Position numbers and translations under genes: made by a program
NCBI GenBank assembly: GCA_004764695.1
Contig: SMSO01000025.1
Location: forward strand, 5,372,862-5,436,861
Direction: 5' to 3'
Origin: Schizochytrium sp. TIO01
Taxonomy: Eukaryota > Protista > Bigyra: Labyrinthulomycetes
Length of the DNA stretch: 64,000 nt
Shown: positions 37,301 through 46,511 of the stretch, one piece after another
Layout of the letters: each line of letters opens with the position of its first letter
How positions within the stretch are numbered: the first letter of the stretch is position 1
The notes under the pieces: generated by a model
Told to the model about the DNA's origin: nothing
What the model saw: the letters and a program-made list of their open reading frames with translations, nothing else
The model's database searches: none

Positions 37301-40049
37301 TGGTGACACCGTCTCCAACTTGACGATTCTTGTTGAGATCTCTTCATCTGCGGAGGAGAACATTACTGCTAAGCCATGCGTGTTTGCTGAATCTGACGAC
37401 ACCTATCTTCCCCGTATTGGTGTGATTATTCTTAACACTGATTTCTTTAGGTACTATGTAGAAGATGACGACTTTCTCACTGTCCGCCTTCTGGCTCACG
37501 AGATTGGCCACGTTCTTGGTCTCGGTACTCTCTGGAACGCCTACGACTATATTAAATCCTCTACAAAGTACAACGGCAAGCGTGGTGTTTGGGGTTATGA
37601 GCAGGCTGCGAATGTATCGGATGTCACTTATGTTCCCATTCAGGTCGATAACACGACAAATGAAGGGGAACATTGGTCTGAGACTGTCTTCACTGGTGAG
37701 CTCATGACTGGCGTACTTAGTGGAAAGAAAAGTCCTCTTTCGGTACTTTCTGTTGATGCTCTTCGCGATATTGGTTACCAGGTTATTGCTGATAACTCTG
37801 AGGACTACGATTTCACCTACATTAAGGATAATGAGGAAGCTGATGGAGATGCTCGCCGCCAGCTTGGTCACGGCGTTAGCTTGTACGGTGATTTCGCTCC
37901 TATCAGCCTTAGTGACAAGCTTCTTGTGTTCGCCGATGGTACAATTACTTCTAAGACTGTGTCTAGTCTTGGAACGTCTCAATATGCCGATGATGATGAC
38001 AGCTATTCAAGCTCCTATTCTGACAGCAGTCCTGGGGATTACATCACATACGAAATTGTTACCAATGATCTAACGGACGACGCCAGCATCATCAAGACTT
38101 ACTTGAAAAATGCAACAGCTAAGTGGAACAAGGTTATTCACAGCTCTCTCACGGACCTTGAGTTCACAACATCAACGAGCATGTCTGACTTCTGTGGTGT
38201 TGACAAAACTTACTCGTCTGGAGACACTGTCTCAAACTTGACAATTTTGGTTTCGATTACCTCAGACGCAACAGAAAACATTACTGCAAAGCCTTGCGTG
38301 TTTTCTCTGGAAGACAGTACCTACATGCCTCGTATTGGTGTTCTTCAATTCAAGACTTCTTACATTCAAGAGTATCTTGAGGATAGCACTTACTTCACGC
38401 TTCGACTCTTTGCGCACGAGATTGGTCATATCCTTGGCCTTGGTACTCTCTGGAATGCCTATGACTATGTTGAATCTACCACCAAGTACGACGGCAAGCG
38501 TGGTGTTTGGGGCTATGTGCAAGTCTCTGGTGACGAAGATGTGACGTACGTGCCTATTACTTCAGACAACACGTCCGGTGCCGGCGAGCACTGGTCGGAG
38601 ACTGTTTTCACTGGTGAGCTCATGACTGGTGTGCTTAATGGTAAGAAGAGCCCTCTTTCAGTTCTCTCTGTTGATGCGCTTCGTGATATTGGATACACAG
38701 TTTACGCTTCGAATGCAGAGGACTATGAGTACAGCTATGTATCTGATCATGAAGCTGCAGACGGCGATGCCCGCAGGCAGCTTGGAAACGGTCCTAGTTT
38801 GTACGGCGACTTCACTCCCATTGACCTTGATGATGGAATTGCTGTGTTTTCAGATGGTACTGTTTCCACAGAGACTGTATCAAGTCTTGGTACTGCTTCG
38901 TATGCTGATGATGACGATGATGATGACGATGACTCCAGTACTGGTGACTACGTGAGCATTGATATTGTCTCAAATGAACTATCCGAGTATGCATACATTA
39001 TCAACGAGTACTTTGTGAATGCTTCCGCAAAGTGGAACAGTGTTTTGTCAACGTCTCTTGACACCCTTGAGTTTACTGAATCCGTGGATATTTCTGACTC
39101 GTGTGGTGTACCAAAGTCTTACGCATCTGGTGACACCGTGACCAATTTAACTATTCTGGTTGAGATTTCCTCTTCTGCAACCGAAAACATTACTGCGAAG
39201 CAGTGCATTTTCGCTGAATCCGATGGTACTTACTTCCCGCGTGTTGGAGCTATTATTCTCAACACTGACTTTTTCAGGTACTATGTAGAGGATGATGACT
39301 TCTTGACTGTGCGTCTTTTGGCTCACGAGATTGGCCACGTTCTTGGTCTTGGCACGCTTTGGGATGCCTATGGTTACGTTGAGACTGCGACGGAGTACGA
39401 CGGCAAGCGCGGAGTTTGGGGTTACAGATCAGTTTCCAGTGACAACGATGTGACTACTGTACCTATTCAAGTTGACAACACAACTAATGAAGGCGAGCAC
39501 TGGTCTGAGTCTGTCTTCACTGGCGAACTCATGACTGGTGTACTCAGCGGTAAGAAGAGCCCACTCTCGGTGCTCTCTGTTGATGCTCTTCGCGACCTTG
39601 GATACGAAGTTGTTGATGATAACGCTGAGGACTATGACTTCACCTACATCAAGGACAACGAAGAAGCTGATGGAGATGCTCGCCGTCAGCTTGGTCACGG
39701 CGTTAGCTTGTACGGGGACTTTGCCCCCGTCAGCCTCAGTGACAAGCTTCTTGTGTTTGCTAACGGTGCCGTTAAATCGAAGAAGCTCTCCAGTCTCGGT
39801 TCTTCAACTTACTCTGACAAAACCTCAGCCCCTGCCTCCAGCAGCAGCAAGGCATCTGCCTGGGAAATTGCCACTACCGTTCTCGCATGTGTGTTTTTCG
39901 TTGGCTTTGCTGTTCTTGCTGGCTTCCTCATCTACCGCAACCGCAACCGCCCCACTGACGCCGCAAGCACCCGCTCTGGCATTTCAATGTCATCTCTTGC
40001 GAAGACCCCGCAGCACCAACCGGACGACCGTGCTGTCCAAATGGTTTAA
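34371..40049 (+). CDS. Six-domain leishmanolysin-like M8 membrane metalloprotease, copy 7
   Basis: ATG 34371 (or 34383) starts the signal peptide. Six HEIGH motifs (His codons at 34818, 35727, 36612, 37497, 38415, 39324), each followed by HWSE and ELMTG. Asp-rich linkers, SAWE + TM, tail ending RAVQMV. Confidence 0.9.
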   Translation: MIKAMKLLALTSAVLSAALVEASYISFEVVTNDLDSDYDSTINEFFTNATAKWNDVIYSSLDDLEFTSKTNVSSYCDIDKAYSSGDTISNLTILVSITSDAAENITAKPCVFAESDGTYLPRIGAIILNANYFETYVVDSTFFTIRLLAHEIGHVLGLGTLWNAYNYVESTTKYNGKRGVWGYVQVSGDEDVTTVPITSDNISSSTPAEHWSETVFTGELMTGVLNGKKSPLSILSVDALRDIGYQVIAENSEDYEFSYVADHEAADGDARRQLGNGPSVYGDFTPIVLSDGIAVFSDGTIATKTVSALGNSSYASTDTDDDDTSTDYVNIEIVSNELSQYTYIIKEYFANASAKWNDVIYTSLDDLEFTEDVDVTDYCGVPKTYSSGDTVSNLTILVEISSSAEENITAKPCVFAESDGTYLPRIGVIILNTDFFRYYVEDSTFFTIRLLAHEIGHVLGLGTLWNAYNYLESDTTYDGKRGVWGYVQVSGDEDVTTVPITSEHWSETVFTGELMTGVLNGKKSPLSILSVDALRDIGYQVIAENSEDYEFSYVADHEAADGDARRQLGNGPSVYGDFTAIDLDDGIAVFSDGTIATKTVSALGNSSYASTDTDDDDDTSTDYVNIEIVSNELSQYTYIIKEYFANASAKWNDVIYTSLDDLEFTEDVDVTDYCGVPKTYSSGDTVSNLTILVEISSSAEENITAKPCVFAESDGTYLPRIGVIILNTDFFRYYVEDSTFFTIRLLAHEIGHVLGLGTLWNAYNYLESDTTYDGKRGVWGYVQVSGDEDVTTVPITSEHWSETVFTGELMTGVLNGKKSPLSILSVDALRDIGYQVIAENSEDYEFSYVADHEAADGDARRQLGNGPSVYGDFTAIDLDDGIAVFSDGTIATKTVSALGNSSYASTDTDDDDDTSTDYVNIEIVSNELSQYTYIIKEYFANASAKWNNVIYTSLDDLEFTEDVDISDSCGIPKTYSSGDTVSNLTILVEISSSAEENITAKPCVFAESDDTYLPRIGVIILNTDFFRYYVEDDDFLTVRLLAHEIGHVLGLGTLWNAYDYIKSSTKYNGKRGVWGYEQAANVSDVTYVPIQVDNTTNEGEHWSETVFTGELMTGVLSGKKSPLSVLSVDALRDIGYQVIADNSEDYDFTYIKDNEEADGDARRQLGHGVSLYGDFAPISLSDKLLVFADGTITSKTVSSLGTSQYADDDDSYSSSYSDSSPGDYITYEIVTNDLTDDASIIKTYLKNATAKWNKVIHSSLTDLEFTTSTSMSDFCGVDKTYSSGDTVSNLTILVSITSDATENITAKPCVFSLEDSTYMPRIGVLQFKTSYIQEYLEDSTYFTLRLFAHEIGHILGLGTLWNAYDYVESTTKYDGKRGVWGYVQVSGDEDVTYVPITSDNTSGAGEHWSETVFTGELMTGVLNGKKSPLSVLSVDALRDIGYTVYASNAEDYEYSYVSDHEAADGDARRQLGNGPSLYGDFTPIDLDDGIAVFSDGTVSTETVSSLGTASYADDDDDDDDDSSTGDYVSIDIVSNELSEYAYIINEYFVNASAKWNSVLSTSLDTLEFTESVDISDSCGVPKSYASGDTVTNLTILVEISSSATENITAKQCIFAESDGTYFPRVGAIILNTDFFRYYVEDDDFLTVRLLAHEIGHVLGLGTLWDAYGYVETATEYDGKRGVWGYRSVSSDNDVTTVPIQVDNTTNEGEHWSESVFTGELMTGVLSGKKSPLSVLSVDALRDLGYEVVDDNAEDYDFTYIKDNEEADGDARRQLGHGVSLYGDFAPVSLSDKLLVFANGAVKSKKLSSLGSSTYSDKTSAPASSSSKASAWEIATTVLACVFFVGFAVLAGFLIYRNRNRPTDAASTRSGISMSSLAKTPQHQPDDRAVQMV
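34677..37545 (+). repeat. Near-identical intragenic tandem repeat, period 885-909 bp, within the six-domain protease
   Basis: GAGAACATTACTGCTAAGCCATG at 34677, 35586, 36471 and 37356. Domains 2 and 3 differ at only a handful of synonymous sites. Confidence 0.92.
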
Positions 40050-41162
40050 TCATGGCATCCATGGTTTAGAGAAGCACCATTCAAACTTATCGGCACTTGC
40101 CTATCTACCATAGATTTATCCAAGAACACGACAAAGAAATCTTCTTGCTAATTCACTCTTTGAATTCTATAATGTGTTAAGTCTTGCCCTTTCCGAAATC
40201 CCTTCATCTTACTTGAACGATTTTATGAATGGAGTGAAGTGCGCGCTGGCGTTGCAAGTAAAAAGAACCTTTGTGTAATTCACGAAGTCTTTCTTCGATA
40301 CCGATGATTGGACGGATTAAAGTGTGATAAACTAAAGCCTTTAGCTCAAAGCTCAGTCACAATTTTACTTACTAACACGAACGAAGGAAGCGCGGACGAA
40401 GGGTATTTTTTCAGGAGTGGAGACCATCCTTTAGCAACAGCATTCGTACGGACCTGTTAAAATTTTTAATTTTTTAATAAATAAAAAACTACTACTACTT
40501 AAAGGAAAACGGTTTAGAAAGAATGAGAGAACGCAGAGAACGCTTATGCGCGCAGCGGCACGATCGCAAGGTCTAAATTTTGAAATAGACCGGTCGAGGT
40601 TAGGCGGGTTTCTCAAGTTTTTCCTTCCGCAGTTCGCAAACGCCGAGCGCAACTAGGACGAAGAGAACGCGCGAAGACGCCGTGCCCGCGGTCTGCAGAA
40701 CATCTTATCCCTTGGATAGTGTTCAATTTTCTGTGCACCGCTGCTACGCTTCTTGTTTGTGGTCCTGCCTTTTGCTAAGAGAGAGGCATCAGCTTGAAAT
40801 TTAAAAAGAGCTGGCAAAAAGAGATCGTGAAGTAGGGCACGCGGCAACGACGAAGACCAAGGAGAGCCGACGGGAGGTCGACAAAAGTGGTGTAAAAATC
40901 TGAGAACCGACTGAGATTACGAGTTCTGTGAAAACTCGCAAAGTTTTACGATAGTTTCAGCCGTGTAGAGCTACTTGCGAAGGCGGGTTCCTCCAAGGAA
41001 CGAGCTAGCGAACAAGCCAGAGGAATCAAGAAACAATCAAATTAAATCAAAAGGATCGCTGTTGGATTCTACTAGAGTACCACAGCGCTAGCCTGTCGAA
41101 GGGGGATTTGTGATCGGACAACGTATTACCGTTCAAGTATATCTTGCGATTAATTTGGCACC

Positions 41163-41810
41163 ATGGGTAAACGTGGCCTTTCAATGGATGAAAAGAAGGA
41201 GAAGCTCCGCAATATCCTTCAAGAAAAAAAGGAACCCTTCACGCTCAAGCAAATTGAAAAAGTTGGAAGCAAAGCCGGTGTAACGCAGATGTCCATTAAA
41301 GGTGTGCTGGAGGAAATGGTGAGCGATAATGTCGTGTGTATGGACAAAATTGGTTCTACGAATTGGTTCTGGTCGTTCCCGAGCCAGGAGAAGGCATCTT
41401 TACAGGACAAATTACTCAAGGCAAACACGGAGCTTGCTAGCGTGCGCCAAGCTGTTCAGACTGCACGCAAAGAAAAGGAAGATCTCATGGCTGCACGTGT
41501 GCCTAGTGATTCACGTTCTGCAAAGCTTGCCGAGCTTGCCGAGCTTCGTCAGGAGGTTGCTACTAAGGCTGAAGAACTTGCCAAACTGCGCGAAAATGAC
41601 CCCGCACAGATGATGGAGCTTGTCAAGAAGATTGATGTGTGCAAGGAGGCAGCAAATCGCTGGACTGACAACACCTGGACTTTGGTGGACTACGTGCGAA
41701 AGAAGTATGGCCGCCCCAAGAAAGAGGTCATGCAATGGTTGCAAATGAAAGAGGACTTTGATTACCCTGAGTTCACCATGCCCAAGAAAAAGAAGGTGCG
41801 CAAGGCTTAA
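41163..41810 (+). CDS. MND1: Meiotic nuclear division protein 1 (Hop2-Mnd1 complex)
   Basis: KRGLSMDEKK N-terminus, FTLKQIEK, KIGSTNWFWSFPS winged-helix motif, coiled coil, ENDP, EAANRWTDN. Confidence 0.95.
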   Translation: MGKRGLSMDEKKEKLRNILQEKKEPFTLKQIEKVGSKAGVTQMSIKGVLEEMVSDNVVCMDKIGSTNWFWSFPSQEKASLQDKLLKANTELASVRQAVQTARKEKEDLMAARVPSDSRSAKLAELAELRQEVATKAEELAKLRENDPAQMMELVKKIDVCKEAANRWTDNTWTLVDYVRKKYGRPKKEVMQWLQMKEDFDYPEFTMPKKKKVRKA

Positions 41811-42697
41811 ACAAAAGAAACAAATCAAGAGGGTTCAGTCAATTTTTTGCGTTAGGTTCAGGTGTATACAAACATAGGCACGTCCACAGGTTTCGAGTGG
41901 TGAGCAATTTAAACCAATGACAAGGTTCTGTTCTGTGGATTTATACGTTCTTCCGCTGTTTTTGATCATCCTTTGGGTATCGCCAGCTTTGTTTAAGTTT
42001 GACTTGTATATATTTCTGAACACTTTCGTCATTTCTGACTTTTATTCCATCCTTACACCTTTTACGTTTTAGCACACCAAAGCTCCTAATGATCAAACCT
42101 ACCTGTAAGAGAGAAAAGCCACTGTTTATATTGTGAATATTATTTTCCTTCTTGATTATTGATGACACGATGCCGATTCTACATGTACAACATAAAAGAA
42201 GCAAAAAAGCCAAAGCTTATCTTTAATTGACGAAGTTTAGTTTTAATTTCTTCAGTTAACTTCAGTGGTTATAAGAAACTACTGAATACTTTAAAAATTA
42301 GATTGACGCAATAAATGTGGCCCTTTCACACGTTTCCACAGTCATTCTCTTTGTATAAGATGGAATGTCTTTGTTATAGACTCTGAAACATGAAGTATAA
42401 AACAAGAATGGGTGACATTTAAAAATATTGATCGCGCTTATCAGAAAGGTTAGGAAGCAGAAATTCTGATATGAAAATATAATTTTAGCAGGCAAACCTG
42501 CAGGTCTATGATGCGTCTAAGTATATCAGGAAGCCAGCAGCGACTACAACTAGAACAATGACAAATATTACTACTACTGCTACAATCGTGCTTTTCTTTT
42601 TTCCAATTATTTTGAGCAATTGGTCTGCGCTCACAAGGGGATGGGTGGCGAACGTTTCAAAGGGAAAGCAACGACATATCTCTAACCAATACAATCA

Positions 42698-44545
42698 TCA
42701 CGCACCAGTGTTGCCTGCAGAACTAGTTGCAGCTGCCCGGGCTGCACGAAGTTGGCGGATCTCACGAAGCATCGCTTCCGCCTCTTTTTTCTCTGGTCGA
42801 CCGGCATAATCAAGAAGCTGCTCGCAGAATTTCTCGGCCATGGGAAGGTCAATTTCGTCCTTCAGATAGTATCCTGCCAAGAACCGCAGTGCTTCAACGA
42901 CATCCTGACCCCCCATGGCATCCTCTGCCTCACGGCGCGTGAGGTGTTTTTTGTAATAGTACGCAGCTTGCTCGCGGTCTTGCAGATTTTCAGCGTAGAG
43001 AGAAGCAAGTCTTTGCGCTGCAATCCCTTCACGATCATTGTGACACTCAGCACGTTTATAACACTTAATGGCCTCTTGTGTACGGTGCAATTTTTCATAA
43101 CAACCGGCCAAGGCAGCCCACATACGAGCATCATATGGCCGCAGAGTGGTAGCTTTACGGTAGTAGTGCAGTGCGTAAAAGTACATGAGGAGAATCTCAT
43201 AGGTCTGGCCTAGACCATACCATGCACGATAATCGCGAGGGTTGATATCAACAGCACTTCGATATGCCTCAATAGCAGCTTCAGTATTTTTCATCTCCAC
43301 ATGTTCATGTCCAGCTAGGGTCCAAGCAGAAAGGTATCGACGATTCAAGCGCAAGGCACGTTTGAAGTAGAGCACAGCTCGTTCGTGTTGAGCCTTCAAG
43401 CTGTAATAGTTGCCGACGATGCAGCATGTTTCTGGGCGGTATTTGTTACTCCGCACGGCAGTATGCGCGAGGTAACTGAGTTCTGCTTTGCACTCCTTGA
43501 CGTAAAGGATGTTGGAGTAAGTGTCCATATTTTGGAGGCGGTGTGGATCACGGGCAATGAGAACCTCAAAGTGTTCTTGGGCTTCGTCAAAGTTACGCAA
43601 ATTGTACTGAGCAAGAGCCTGCTGAGCGAGGACATAAGAAGATCGAGGAAACATCTCGGACAGGTCTGTGAGGATCTCCATGGCCTCTTGGTTCTGCTGC
43701 AGCTCTAGAGCCAAGTGAGCTCTGAAGAATCCTACCATCCAGTGTTCCGGTAATGTGAGTTGATCAAGATCCTCCTTCTCGCTGCACAAAGATGCAAGAT
43801 CGAGCCATGCAGACCAAAGCAAAGGCTCGCTGCATACGGCCTCGCATAAGACGCGTCTGGCGGCGCTCTTGGCCTGCATTTCCTTCAGCACAACACCATA
43901 TATGTACAAAATGTACCCATCCATGGACCCTTCTGCGTGCAGGGGAGCAAGCTCTGTGCGCAGAAGGCGTAGATTTCCGTTGCGGATCTGGCATTGCTCC
44001 AAGGGATCAGCCACTTCGCAGATTTCTTCTTCCTTACGCTTTTCGCCAACTAAGTAAAGAGAGAAAGCCCACAGAAAGATTTCCTTTGCATTCCCGCTCT
44101 TCGGCAGCGTCCCGTCGCTGCTCAAGACCTGGGCGCACCTGTCCAGCTCATCAAGATCAAAGACAGACTTTGCAATCAGCAGAGCATCGGTATCTCCAGC
44201 ATCCACAGCTGGCCAAAGTTCGCTCCGAGATCTGCGTCTCTGAGTGATTTTCTGCTGCGATGTGCTGGCCAAATTCGCACTCTCTGAGCTAGAGCTCTCT
44301 GCATTTGTAGATCTACCTCCAGACTTTGATTTGGATGATTCTTCTCTGATCTCAGGCTCTTCGCGACGGTTCCATTCACGGTCTCTACGGACCACAAAAC
44401 CTTCAGCGATACCACCCAAAAGCTCTGCCGCCCAAGAGGCGCTCTTCTTCAGCCCGCGGCCCCCGAGGGCGCGAACGGCCTCTCTTAAAGTCGAACGGAC
44501 CTGATGTTCGTGCCAGTGTGTATCTGATGGTGCTGATGCATCCAT
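42698..44545 (-). CDS. CDC23: Anaphase-promoting complex subunit 8 (TPR protein)
   Basis: N-terminal RGLKKSASWAAELL, then MDTYSNILYVKE, KYRPETCCIVGNYYSL, AWTLAGHEHVEMKN, DYRAWYGLGQTYEIL. Confidence 0.95.
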   Translation of the reverse strand: MDASAPSDTHWHEHQVRSTLREAVRALGGRGLKKSASWAAELLGGIAEGFVVRRDREWNRREEPEIREESSKSKSGGRSTNAESSSSESANLASTSQQKITQRRRSRSELWPAVDAGDTDALLIAKSVFDLDELDRCAQVLSSDGTLPKSGNAKEIFLWAFSLYLVGEKRKEEEICEVADPLEQCQIRNGNLRLLRTELAPLHAEGSMDGYILYIYGVVLKEMQAKSAARRVLCEAVCSEPLLWSAWLDLASLCSEKEDLDQLTLPEHWMVGFFRAHLALELQQNQEAMEILTDLSEMFPRSSYVLAQQALAQYNLRNFDEAQEHFEVLIARDPHRLQNMDTYSNILYVKECKAELSYLAHTAVRSNKYRPETCCIVGNYYSLKAQHERAVLYFKRALRLNRRYLSAWTLAGHEHVEMKNTEAAIEAYRSAVDINPRDYRAWYGLGQTYEILLMYFYALHYYRKATTLRPYDARMWAALAGCYEKLHRTQEAIKCYKRAECHNDREGIAAQRLASLYAENLQDREQAAYYYKKHLTRREAEDAMGGQDVVEALRFLAGYYLKDEIDLPMAEKFCEQLLDYAGRPEKKEAEAMLREIRQLRAARAAATSSAGNTGA

Positions 44546-46511
44546 CTTCCCTCAGGACGGCCACGAATCACGGGATGGTAGACTCCTGGATGAGCTTTCC
44601 TGAGCTCGATGGATCTAACTGCCCAACGTCGTGCTCACCAGATAATAGTGAGTGTAGACTACTCACTTCGCAAACTCACCGGCACCACACAGATCGAGGG
44701 GGTGGGTGATGCGACTGGGGTGACTAGCAGGCCGTTTGACTCGGTGCTATGTCTCTGCGTGACCAGGCGCGCAGGAATTTCTGAGCAGATTTGATCTGAT
44801 TTGCCGTTTGCCACATTTTTATTTTTTTTTCTAAGGCCTATGATACTTTTAATGCTTTGTTCCAGTTTGTTGTTCTTTGGGCTCACTTTACTCTCTTTTA
44901 TTCTACTGTATTGCACTCTGTAGAAAGTAGGTTATGGGAGTATGTATACAACCACAAGGTGCCTAGAAAGATAGAGGCCACGGTAAGATCTTAAGCACGC
45001 AGAAGCTGAGATGAATGTTTCGAACGCTAATAATTCGCTGTCTTGAGTTGAGCTGACGCAATCGTTGACCAGCTACTATTTGTTATTTTCTATTGGTAAC
45101 CAAATCACTAACAAAAAGTTGGATAAAGAAAAGAAGCTGTAGGTTTCGAGTATGTAACCAGCAAATCGTATTCGACTCAACAAATAATAGAGATTTGTTC
45201 AAATAAAAGAAAAGCGAATTTACATAACCTATTTATTTGAAAGCCGCATTTTCCTCATAAGCAGAAGCTAACTGTGCTCTTTTTTAGCCGGGGAAAACCT
45301 TGCGAGCCTTCGGTCATTCATCAAGACCTATATCAGGTTCAGAAAATCGAATTTCATAGAGAATTCTGTTTCAGCTTGAAATTAAGAGTCTCTCTTCATA
45401 AACTTCAGATAGATCTTAGTTTTTAAGTTCAATTACCCAATATTGGACTCGTCTACTATAGTTTAAACTATCTCTTCATATTTCTATCTCTTGAAGGATG
45501 ATATTTACTTCTAAATTCATGCAAAGTTTCAGATAAAATATACAAATGTTTCATTCTATTTTATAAGCTATTTTCTTTCTCTTGTCACGTTTGACTCATG
45601 TGTTAGCGAGCCGCAAAAGTGAACTGGTACACTTGAAACTAGATTAGTATTTTTCAGCTTGTGCGATTAAGTAGAGAAGTTATGTACATTTAAAACCGCT
45701 AGAGGTTCAATTTCTAATTTGTATACTGTGTTGCTAACTAAAATGTTTCTCGAAGCGTGCTCTTTCATCTATAACACTAGTTTTTCTGCAAGCATGTAGG
45801 CGTGCGCTACAAATGAACAGGATACTTCCTTATTCACTATTCCATTGCTCTACTGTTTCCCCATGATTATTAGAGGTATGAAAACATGAAATAGATCATC
45901 ATCGAGTCAATTTAAGCGAACAAACTTGCAAAAGATAAGCAAAAACCTTCTAACTTCAAGCCATCCTTTTCTATCAATTGAGCGAAGGAGGCCATGAGAC
46001 ATGGAACTGAGCAGCGCATAAATTCACAATTCAAACTTGCTCAAATCCGCCGCATCGATCTCCATAACCGTTCTTTCCAGCAGCATAAATACATAGAGAC
46101 TTACGTACATGTAGACATAGATTCATATAGACATAGATTGGCAACGGTGACATCACTGCGTACCGAGTGGTTTGTTGCGTTGGCCCTTCAAAAATCTCAT
46201 AACAGCAAGCATCCCGTCCACGAGGTGCCAAATGATGAGCATGGCATGAAGTCTAAACTACTACCGGTATGACACTCTAGACCCTTATGACTCATAGATA
46301 CTGGTACTAGTGCTATCTTTCTTTTGCTTAACTTTTAATCTTCTTTGCAATTGACAGCAGAAAAGAAAGAGGGAAAGCAAGCGAAGGAAGGCCCTTCACT
46401 GCCTCCCTCTCCTGACCCGCGGTCGCTTCGCAGGGCGACCTTCGCCGTACCTCTTCCTCTTTCTCCCCTTTCACGCCTCCTTGGCCCTCGCGCCTCCTGC
46501 CGGCTCTCACC

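Noticed and set aside
34656-39698. Repeated antisense and alternate-frame ORFs inside the protease genes
   Set aside because: Shadows of codon bias and of the intragenic repeat; no independent coding signal.
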